Origin: an uncultured virus (IMG/VR IMGVR_UViG_3300044805_000534) | Taxonomy: Duplodnaviria > Heunggongvirae > Uroviricota > Caudoviricetes | Length of the DNA: 37,753 nucleotides | Reading direction: 5' to 3' (one strand) | Virus record (IMG/VR): IMGVR_UViG_3300044805_000534 | Shown: one piece after another, positions 27,260 to 34,613 of the stretch | Layout of the letters: each line of letters begins with the position of its first letter | How positions within the stretch are numbered: position 1 is the first letter of the stretch | Made by a program: the position numbers and the translations under genes | Notes under the pieces: model-generated | What the model was told of the DNA's origin: nothing | What the model saw: the letters and a program-made list of their open reading frames with translations, nothing else | The model's database searches: none

Positions 27260-27355
27260 TATGTCAATCAATCAATAAGACGGGACGGTTCTGAACAAGG
27301 AAGCGGGAGGTATACTCCGACCTACCTCTATATTTGGCTAGGATTACAGGAAAAT

Positions 27356-27422
27356 TGTTAATAACTTTTTGAAAATAAGTGTATAAAAGTTTTTTATTGT
27401 CAAACTAATTGCTTATATTTAC
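27356..27422 (+). promoter_or_regulatory. Repeated early promoter, full form (distance 58)
   Basis: Matches the repeat consensus. Confidence 0.85.
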
Positions 27423-27445
27423 TTAACCAATTAACTTAACTACAT

Positions 27446-27958
27446 ATGACAAATCAAATCAGAGCAGCTCGGCCAAACCTTAATCCAAAGTCACTACCAA
27501 CCTTGGCGCTTGCAGGTAGAGCCAACATCACCTTCCGCAATAATGAACAACTTACCCACATGAACGTGCGTATCAAGCAGTTACGTGACAAGGAGGATCG
27601 CAAAAAGATGCTGCCTATTTACTACGTCAATATCTCTCTATTGGCGGACGGGCGTAGCGGTCATCAGTTTGCAGGTACCCTATTTGCCGAGCCCTTAACC
27701 TATGTATTGGGCAAAGGAGTTACACCAAGCTCGCGACTGGCACAGGCTCTAGGCTGGGTGGTAGCTGCTATTAAGGACCCTACAATTTTGGGAACCCGAG
27801 TAGGTCTATTTCATAATGGGACCTGCTGCAAATGTGGCTTGCCATTAACCCATCCAGAAAGTATCAATACTGCAATGGGACCTGTTTGTTTGGAGAGAGT
27901 AAAAGCCGCAATGACATCAGTAGACTTTTTCGACACCTTTACCCCAATCGGGGTATAG
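27446..27958 (+). CDS. DUF6011-like Zn-finger protein
   Basis: CCKCGLPLTHPESINTAMGPVC. Confidence 0.8.
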   Translation: MTNQIRAARPNLNPKSLPTLALAGRANITFRNNEQLTHMNVRIKQLRDKEDRKKMLPIYYVNISLLADGRSGHQFAGTLFAEPLTYVLGKGVTPSSRLAQALGWVVAAIKDPTILGTRVGLFHNGTCCKCGLPLTHPESINTAMGPVCLERVKAAMTSVDFFDTFTPIGV

Positions 27959-27975
27959 GTTATACTTAGTTACAG

Positions 27976-28042
27976 TGTTAATAACTTTTTGAAAATAAGT
28001 AACAAAAAGTTTTTTACTGTCAAATAAAAGTATTATATTTAC
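27976..28042 (+). promoter_or_regulatory. Repeated early promoter, full form (distance 58)
   Basis: Matches the repeat consensus. Confidence 0.85.
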
Positions 28043-28067
28043 TTATAACTAATTAAAACAAATAAAG

Positions 28068-28319
28068 ATGATTTTTCAAATAAAAAACGAAAGCAACGAG
28101 GTTGGACTGTTAAAAGTCGTTGAATGTATAGGAAATACCTGGTCTCCCGAGTCATATGGTGATATTATCAGTAAGTCATTAAAACTCTTTTCTGAAATAG
28201 GAGAGGCCGATGGATGGGATGTTGATGATCTTGATGATTTTGTGGAATTCAACAATCTGAGAAACGTATTAATTTTGGAGCATTTTTTTATAGTGGACGA
28301 AATACAATTTTATCAATAA
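28068..28319 (+). CDS. Small acidic protein
   Basis: Cassette gene. Confidence 0.75.
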   Translation: MIFQIKNESNEVGLLKVVECIGNTWSPESYGDIISKSLKLFSEIGEADGWDVDDLDDFVEFNNLRNVLILEHFFIVDEIQFYQ

Positions 28320-28334
28320 AATACTTATATTTAC
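28308..28334 (+). promoter_or_regulatory. Minimal early promoter
   Basis: TATCAA...TATATTTAC. Confidence 0.55.
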
Positions 28335-28361
28335 TTTATAATCAATTAAACTATATACAAT

Positions 28362-28775
28362 ATGCAAGAAAATCAAGTAACTTTAGTGGACCAAATGTAC
28401 GCATGGGGTCAAGGTGAATCAGCTCTCTACCCGCACTGTCATGACTTCTATGACTGGTTCTGTAGCGATGCTTCGCTCGATCGTAGAGCTAAATCCCTTC
28501 AGAGCAAGGTAATCAAGTTGGTAAAGTACTTTTGCAAAAATGGAAATCCAATCGATTGCAGCAAGGTGTATGTATTCTTTAAGAATAACTGTCCAATGGG
28601 CGGACCGCTTTATGATTCATTCTCTATCTGTGATCGCGAATCAGGTGATGTTCTCTTTTGGGTAACTCCTAAATCCGGTCATAGCGGTAAAGCTGAAATC
28701 TTTTCACGCGCAAAGGGATTTAGCGATCCTTTGGCCGAAGCTGATAATTTCTCTCAACTCTTAAAATCTATCTAA
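28362..28775 (+). CDS. Phage hypothetical protein
   Basis: FYDWFC..SL, YVFFKNNCP.GG.LYD.F.ICD pattern. Confidence 0.8.
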   Translation: MQENQVTLVDQMYAWGQGESALYPHCHDFYDWFCSDASLDRRAKSLQSKVIKLVKYFCKNGNPIDCSKVYVFFKNNCPMGGPLYDSFSICDRESGDVLFWVTPKSGHSGKAEIFSRAKGFSDPLAEADNFSQLLKSI

Positions 28776-28777
28776 CT

Positions 28778-28963
28778 ATGGCAACACAAGAAGCAATCGA
28801 TGAAGCAATCGCGATATGGGGTCAAGACGCAGTCTATCAAGCAATGGAGGTCGTAGCAATGTCAGACCCCGATGGGGCCTACACAATGTTCGAAGATCTA
28901 GGAATCTTTGATCAAGCCGAGGTAGTAGAATTCCTCTATTTCGATGGGGCAGGTAATGAATAA
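28778..28963 (+). CDS. Small acidic protein
   Basis: Tightly packed ORF. Confidence 0.7.
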   Translation: MATQEAIDEAIAIWGQDAVYQAMEVVAMSDPDGAYTMFEDLGIFDQAEVVEFLYFDGAGNE

Positions 28964-29013
28964 AGAGACTCCGTAGTAAGTATAATAATATTAATCAATT
29001 AAATCAAAGAACA

Positions 29014-29394
29014 ATGGGATTAGACATGTATGCACAGGTTCGCAGTAACAAGCCAAAAACTGCAGTAGACTTTAAAACTGAAGAAGGTGTTGAAGATCAG
29101 GAGTTACACTACTGGCGTAAGCACCCTAACCTGCACGGTTGGATGGAAAACCTATACTACCTTAAGGGCGGTACGGCCGAGAGTTTCAACTGCGTAAACG
29201 TGCTAATTGAGTCAGATGACTTAGACCAGTTAGAGCGTCATATTAAAGAGCGTCACCTACCTCAAACCGCTGGATTCTTTTTTGGTAATAGCCAATCCGA
29301 TGAGCGTGAGATAGAAGACGATCTACAGTTTATTAAAGAGGCGAGGAGAACGATCGCGGCTGGAGAGTATGTCTACTATACTTCATGGTGGTAG
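29014..29394 (+). CDS. Phage protein (MGLDMY...YWRKHP type)
   Basis: MGLDMY, YWRKHPNLHGWM, GFFFG, YYTSWW. Confidence 0.8.
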   Translation: MGLDMYAQVRSNKPKTAVDFKTEEGVEDQELHYWRKHPNLHGWMENLYYLKGGTAESFNCVNVLIESDDLDQLERHIKERHLPQTAGFFFGNSQSDEREIEDDLQFIKEARRTIAAGEYVYYTSWW

Positions 29395-29454
29395 GCCCGC
29401 CTGCCCACTCCCTAGTAGATTAGGTATATTAATAACTAGATAAATAACCCATAC

Positions 29455-29709
29455 ATGAACGAAATAAAAAGAGACCTTAAGACTTCACAAATGCTAGCCG
29501 AGCTGGTAAGTCTTCGTCATACAGATTTCGATGCATTTATGAATCTGTTATATGATGCACTACAGCGCGAACTTAGCGGTGCTATCTTTGATGAGACTCC
29601 ACTTACTGAAAAACAGGAAGCACTCAACTCAATGATTCAATACTTTCAAGATAAGGAAGAATACGAGAAGTGTGCAGTGCTTAGGGACATGGTCCTAACG
29701 ATCGAATAA
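29455..29709 (+). CDS. Small protein with UVR-like motif
   Basis: YFQDKEEYEKCAVLRD; TAGGTATATT and GATAAATA both upstream. Confidence 0.75.
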   Translation: MNEIKRDLKTSQMLAELVSLRHTDFDAFMNLLYDALQRELSGAIFDETPLTEKQEALNSMIQYFQDKEEYEKCAVLRDMVLTIE

Positions 29710-29710
29710 T

Positions 29711-29778
29711 TGTTAATAACTTTTTTAAAAATAAATGAACCTGGATTTTTTTAATTCAGGTTTTTTTATTATATTAGC
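29711..29778 (+). promoter_or_regulatory. Early promoter with embedded terminator hairpin (distance 59)
   Basis: Near-identical copy of 24076-24143. Confidence 0.8.
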
Positions 29779-29889
29779 TTATGTAGTTTAGACCCCAGCC
29801 GGACTCCGTAGTAAATAGATAACTAAAGAGCAGTGCCAAAAACTACTCTACATTAGTATAATAATAGTAATCAATTAAAAATCAAACAT

Positions 29890-31008
29890 ATGACAGGAAA
29901 AAAAGAAGTCCAAGTCCGCAAGTATTTCTCACAGGAATTCGGCGGCGAAGTTCCAACCGGCAAGGTATTGGATCTATTCCAAAACTTTCAGACCCATCCT
30001 CTAGGCGAGGGTATCTCTTATTCGCTCTTTAACGGAGTTATAAAGAAGTTACGCGGTCCACAAACCCCAGCTGATGTAACACAAACCAGCCGAGTAGTTG
30101 CAACACCAGCTGCAGCAACCAAGGATTTTGAATTAGAGATTGTCGAGATTGGCAATATGGAATTTCCTGATTTTAAATGCTTTAAGACTGGTACCCTATT
30201 AGACAAGTTATTTTCAGACCACGAAGATGGCGGAGGTATCTATGGTGGTACTGCTAATATTGTAATCGGCGAGTCGGGCGTGGGTAAATCAACTGTAATG
30301 CTAGATGTTCTTGCTAAGATTAAGCGTAATCAACCTGAAGCAAAGATCCTCTATATCTCTAGCGAAATGACTCGTAATGATCTCTTCTTCTACTACAGTA
30401 AAATGCCGATTATTGCCGAGGTTCCTACCTTACTCTTAATGGATTATATCCAAACGGGTTTTGTGAAAGCAATTGAAAAGGCCTTGACTGGAGAACACGA
30501 TGTAATCCTTATTGACTCGCACCAAGATATTATTGTAAAGCTAAAGGATGTCTTAGGCTGGAAGTCAACCTATGCAGAGGCATGGTTAACTAATCTTGTA
30601 ATCAAAGCTGCAGACGGTATGGGTAAATCAATCTTCTGTATTCAACACATGACAAAGGGCGGTACCTATGTAGGAAGTACTTATCTTAAACATGCGACTA
30701 CCTCAATGATGGAGATTAAGTTTGGCCCAGGCAATCGCAGATACTTAGAGTTCACAAAGAACCGTAGAGGCGGCAGCTTAGTAAATAAACCCCTCTTCTA
30801 TTCAATGGCAGATGGTCAAGTAGTTTACGATCAAGCAAGTTGGGATCTTCAAATCCGAGCTGAGGATGTTGCACATACCGAAGAGGCAAGGCGAGAAGAA
30901 TTAGAGAGCGAGTTTGATGCTCTATTTCTAAGCGCAACCTTAGCAACCTCATCAGTAGAGGAGCCAACTGAATTTACTGAAGAAAATAAAGTTGAGGTAG
31001 AGCAGTAA
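29890..31008 (+). CDS. RadA/Sms-like RecA-fold ATPase
   Basis: Walker A GESGVGKST, LYISSE, Walker B VILIDS, H.TKGG...G, KNRRG (cf. KNRFG); no Zn finger or Lon-like domain. Confidence 0.85.
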   Translation: MTGKKEVQVRKYFSQEFGGEVPTGKVLDLFQNFQTHPLGEGISYSLFNGVIKKLRGPQTPADVTQTSRVVATPAAATKDFELEIVEIGNMEFPDFKCFKTGTLLDKLFSDHEDGGGIYGGTANIVIGESGVGKSTVMLDVLAKIKRNQPEAKILYISSEMTRNDLFFYYSKMPIIAEVPTLLLMDYIQTGFVKAIEKALTGEHDVILIDSHQDIIVKLKDVLGWKSTYAEAWLTNLVIKAADGMGKSIFCIQHMTKGGTYVGSTYLKHATTSMMEIKFGPGNRRYLEFTKNRRGGSLVNKPLFYSMADGQVVYDQASWDLQIRAEDVAHTEEARREELESEFDALFLSATLATSSVEEPTEFTEENKVEVEQ

Positions 31009-31062
31009 CTCTGCCTACTTCTTTAGTATAATAGTATTAACCAAAAAAACCAAATAAAATAT

Positions 31063-32184
31063 ATGTTATCACAAGCACAATTTAACGAGGCAAAATTAGC
31101 CGCAATCAACACTGAACCGCTGACTAAACCCGTAATGCTAAGTGAGATCAAATTGAGTGACAATTCACAGAAGGATGGCTTCATCCACTTGAATGACTCA
31201 AGGGTCCCAGCTAGCGGCGCGTTTTTTAAACAGCTGGCTTCCCTACTTAACATCAACCAAACCTTAAACTCTAAGTTTGAGAAGAATGGTGATGCTGCAA
31301 TCGGTAATAAACTTATCGGCGCAGTCAAGCACTACACAGAGAACCGAGGTGGAGATGTTCCCCTAATGATGGTTGCAAATCGTGATCATCGCGAAATTAC
31401 AGGTATCGTAAAGGCAGACAAGTTTGCACGTATCTCTAATGAGACTCTATTTAAAACTGCAGAAGGAATCCTTAACGAGGTACCGGACATGCATATTGAG
31501 TCTATTGACAATGGTAACGGCACCAGTCGTATTAACTTGATCCATACCAGTGAGGTAGGTTTTGAGCGTATCGGCCCAGACGAAGTATTCCGTTTCGGAG
31601 TTTCATTAGTGAACAGCCCTACACAAACTCAAGTAGATGATTTCTTCTACAGATTAGTATGTGCTAATGGCGCAGTTGCTAAAGACATGACAGCAGCCTT
31701 CCAATTAAAACAGGCAAATGCTACAGGTATTGCCGAGTTATTCCAATCCCTTAAAGCTTATGGTAAAACAGGTTTTGTACCGCGTGCCTTTGCTGAAAGA
31801 TTAGAACGTGCAACCGGTACACGCGCAAGTTTGCAAGAGGTACAAAGAGCAGTGGACTCCGTAGTAGGTAACCTTAAACATGAGGATCCGGAAATGAGAC
31901 GTCGTCTACAGGAAAGCGTAGTGGACAACCACTTCCCAATGTATAAGTCTACCATGGCCAGAGTATTTAATGCAGGCCATAACCCAGATTTCTTAACAGA
32001 CAAGCAAAAGAGTTTCGTTAAGACAGGTATGAGTGTATGGGATCTTGTCAACGAGTTGACTTGGTTAGGTAGCCATAACACTGTTGAAGAGTATGAAAAC
32101 CGTGCACGCTTTAAAGCTGCAGGTGGAAGCCTCTTCGCTAAGAGTAACTATGATTTAGAAGCAGCACAGTTTGCGACTATATAG
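31063..32184 (+). CDS. DUF932-like protein
   Basis: F..ISNE, GVSLVNS, FYRLVCANG, SVWDLVNELT motifs. Confidence 0.65.
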   Translation: MLSQAQFNEAKLAAINTEPLTKPVMLSEIKLSDNSQKDGFIHLNDSRVPASGAFFKQLASLLNINQTLNSKFEKNGDAAIGNKLIGAVKHYTENRGGDVPLMMVANRDHREITGIVKADKFARISNETLFKTAEGILNEVPDMHIESIDNGNGTSRINLIHTSEVGFERIGPDEVFRFGVSLVNSPTQTQVDDFFYRLVCANGAVAKDMTAAFQLKQANATGIAELFQSLKAYGKTGFVPRAFAERLERATGTRASLQEVQRAVDSVVGNLKHEDPEMRRRLQESVVDNHFPMYKSTMARVFNAGHNPDFLTDKQKSFVKTGMSVWDLVNELTWLGSHNTVEEYENRARFKAAGGSLFAKSNYDLEAAQFATI

Positions 32185-32208
32185 TTTGATGATTGATTGA
32201 TTAGGATT

Positions 32209-32238
32209 AGGCCCTCTACAAGAGGGCCTTTTTCTTTT
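32209..32238 (+). terminator. Intrinsic terminator ending the early module
   Basis: AGGCCCTCT-aca-AGAGGGCCT plus T run. Confidence 0.9.
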
Positions 32239-32326
32239 AGGATAAAACCGTACTCCGTAGTAGAGTACAAGATCTTGGAGTTCTTATCCAGCTATTTAAA
32301 TCTAGACCGTTTCAATAGCAAACCCA

Positions 32327-32359
32327 AAGGGATCTGCGCAAGCTGATCCCTTCTTTTTT
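32327..32359. terminator. Intrinsic terminator, possibly bidirectional
   Basis: AAGGGATC...GATCCCTT plus T run. Confidence 0.7.
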
Positions 32360-32363
32360 GGAG

Positions 32364-32492
32364 TCAGCGACCTTGTCCTTGATACTTCTTAGGTTTCTGT
32401 TCCTTAGGACCGAAGCTCTTCTTTGCCTTGCCAACCTTCTTTACAGTAGGACGGAAGGTAGAGCCAGCAGTTGCGCCTTTCTTTGTTGCCAT
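32364..32492 (-). CDS. 42-aa basic peptide ending KKYQGQGR (not in ORF track)
   Basis: MATKKGATAGSTFRPTVKKVGKAKKSFGPKEQKPKKYQGQGR; perfect TATAAATA at 32517-32524 (minus). Confidence 0.75.
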   Translation of the reverse strand: MATKKGATAGSTFRPTVKKVGKAKKSFGPKEQKPKKYQGQGR

Positions 32493-32657
32493 TTCTAGAC
32501 CGGGTTATTTTGCAATTATTTATAAGTTATAGGTATAATAGAAATAGGCCCAAAAGCCCGGGCCCATGCCGACGGGGCATAGGTATTTATGGTGACCCCG
32601 CTCCGTGGGGATCCCCGGCCCCTGGAGAAATGCTCCTCTATTAGGGCCGCCAGAAAT

Positions 32658-32714
32658 TGTTAATAACTTTATGCAAAAAGATTGTCAGGAGTCATGGAAA
32701 AGTGGTATATTAGC
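32658..32714 (+). promoter_or_regulatory. Early promoter variant, no credible ORF downstream (distance 48)
   Basis: TGTTAATAACTTT...TTGTCA...TATATTAGC. Confidence 0.65.
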
Positions 32715-32866
32715 TATAGGTAACCGGTTAAGAACTCCGACCCAGGGCTGGACCCAGCATAAGGATCCAGAAGAGTATACTCCGACCTGCCTCTCTCTAG
32801 GGGGCAGGACTAATGTACTACTCTATACAACGCATTAGTTTTGAACCAGTTAGACAACCCTAAGTG

Positions 32867-33499
32867 CTAGATACCAAGCTCCTTGGCGCTAGCGATTATA
32901 TCGACCAGCTCCTCCTTGATTTCGTCGATATATTCCTGTCGGCCAACCTTCGGCTGGATTATATGTATATCTACACCATGATAAATCAGTACCCGTTCAA
33001 GTATATCCCAAGCAAGGAATCTGGCTAGCCTGTCCGGGGTCTCGATAATCAGGGTGCTGACCTTTTTACGTACAACCAGATCCATAATTCGGTTCAAGCC
33101 CGGTGCATTATCATCTAGCCTGTTCGCGCGCCTAACCTCTTGGATTACCTCATCGACCCTGATACCCCGGGCTGTGCAGTAACCCTGTACCCGGTCTAGC
33201 TGGCTACGCAGCCTGCTCGTACTGGATATTCCGGCTGCCCCAGAGTCTGGAATGGGGCTCGTTCTACAATATATTATTACTAGCCTGTCTTGAGGTACTC
33301 TACTCCCTAGTAGATATAGTATCTGGTCTGAGTCTATATAGACCCTACCATTAACCCGGTTCTTCATAGGTGTTATCTTACCCTGTTCTATATAGCGACC
33401 TAGAGTTCGGGTAGTTACACCTAGTCTCTGCGCGGCTTCGCGACTACTTATTAATTCGCCAGTAGGCAAGGTCTGCGGTATCGTAGGTTCTATCTTCAT
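32867..33499 (-). CDS. IS607 TnpA-like serine recombinase (N-terminal MerR-type HTH), no tnpB
   Basis: EAAQRLGVTTRTLGRY HTH; IIYCRTS catalytic Ser; DRLARF. Confidence 0.85.
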   Translation of the reverse strand: MKIEPTIPQTLPTGELISSREAAQRLGVTTRTLGRYIEQGKITPMKNRVNGRVYIDSDQILYLLGSRVPQDRLVIIYCRTSPIPDSGAAGISSTSRLRSQLDRVQGYCTARGIRVDEVIQEVRRANRLDDNAPGLNRIMDLVVRKKVSTLIIETPDRLARFLAWDILERVLIYHGVDIHIIQPKVGRQEYIDEIKEELVDIIASAKELGI

Positions 33500-33543
33500 A
33501 TAGGGTTATTTATCTAGCCCCATACAGACAGCCTGGAACCCGG

Positions 33544-33570
33544 TGTCAGCGGATGTCTACTAGTGTCTAC
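33544..33570 (+). repeat. Three short direct repeats at 10-bp period (possible TnpA binding sites)
   Basis: TGTCAGC 33544, TGTCTAC 33554, TGTCTAC 33564. Confidence 0.5.
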
Positions 33571-33632
33571 AGTTCCGGGTGGATCGCCCGACCCGAGGAT
33601 TCCGTTGCGGGCCCCGAGTCGAGAGGCGCACC

Positions 33633-33762
33633 ACTCCGTAGTCCTTAAGTAGGACCAAGTGGGTCAGTCTGGGTCGGCTGGCTGCTGGCACTCCGTAGTC
33701 CCGGTATCTAGGCTAGGTGCTGGCTGGGGTCTAGCCTATATAGGTTACTCCGTAGTCCCGGT
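33633..33762 (+). repeat. Three ACTCCGTAGTCC repeats at exact 57-bp period
   Basis: Copies at 33633, 33690, 33747. Confidence 0.85.
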
Positions 33763-33930
33763 CTGGGCAGGTAGAGTCTATATAGGATTGGTGATAATAT
33801 AGAGAAGAGTAGACTAGGAGGGTCTTATACCTAGGGTTAGGCTTGTTCTTTCTATTATTAATATAAGTAGAGAAAGTATCTATAGAAACAGGAGTAGTCT
33901 AGATATAGGTAGTATTATTATTGGTAAAGA

Positions 33931-33956
33931 GCCGCCCCTTTGAGTTTAGAGGCGGC
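33931..33956 (-). terminator. Probable terminator
   Basis: GCCGCC...GGCGGC hairpin downstream of 33976-34590. Confidence 0.55.
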
Positions 33957-33975
33957 AAAATACCTAGACCCGGTT

Positions 33976-34590
33976 TTAGCAGGCAAAATAGCCATGTACC
34001 CAGCCGCAATTATTAACCTGTAAGGTTGTACCGCCAGATGGAATATCAACATCATTAACATGGTACCAGCTACCCCCACCAAGGAAGGGCTGAGTCAAGG
34101 ACTGGTCTAGCCAGATGCGGTCGACCTGTTGCCACTCCTCGCGCTGTACCCATACCGTCTGATTATACGGCCCTTGTAGATTACACTGGGTTGAGCTTGG
34201 CTGGGTGATCCTGACCTGGATAGCCTCGGGCTGGGCAATAGTTTCAATCGCTGCAATACCCGACGCGTTGTATTTTATTAGCTGGCTATCAATGCGATAC
34301 CAGTTACCGTTAATTAAGGTCGCAATCTCTTGGCTTAGGCCGCTATCTAGATAGAGTCGGGCGCCAACCTCTAGGGTAGGGCTGCTTGGCCATACTTGAG
34401 CAAAGCTGCTATTGTTGCCGGCTAGACTCCACCAGTCATTAATATCGCCATCGCCTTGTGCGCCAACAAATAGGCTGTCAAATTCATAGCCGTATCGCAA
34501 TTGTAGAGAGTTGGTACAGGCAACAGTTAGTGTGGCGGCTGCTCCACCTGCTCGGCGGCCTAATAGGGTATAGTAGTAGTTATGATTCAT
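33976..34590 (-). CDS. Probable virion/accessory protein with duplicated beta domain
   Basis: LYLDSGLSQ...GNWY and IWLDQSLTQPFLGGGSWY repeats; late box upstream. Confidence 0.7.
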   Translation of the reverse strand: MNHNYYYTLLGRRAGGAAATLTVACTNSLQLRYGYEFDSLFVGAQGDGDINDWWSLAGNNSSFAQVWPSSPTLEVGARLYLDSGLSQEIATLINGNWYRIDSQLIKYNASGIAAIETIAQPEAIQVRITQPSSTQCNLQGPYNQTVWVQREEWQQVDRIWLDQSLTQPFLGGGSWYHVNDVDIPSGGTTLQVNNCGWVHGYFAC

Positions 34591-34613
34591 AGGTATAGAG
34601 ACTTTGTTATAGC

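Noticed and set aside
32781..32790. TCCGACCTGC matches 23S rRNA just downstream of the H69-H71 site
   Set aside because: A single 10-nt sense match is expected by chance, and the sister copy near 27316 differs.
32605..32838. 77-aa ORF
   Set aside because: GTG start inside GC hairpins, and it spans an intact promoter repeat.
33633..33762. CRISPR array
   Set aside because: Repeats are only 12-16 bp and non-palindromic, with three copies and no cas genes; kept as an unclassified array.
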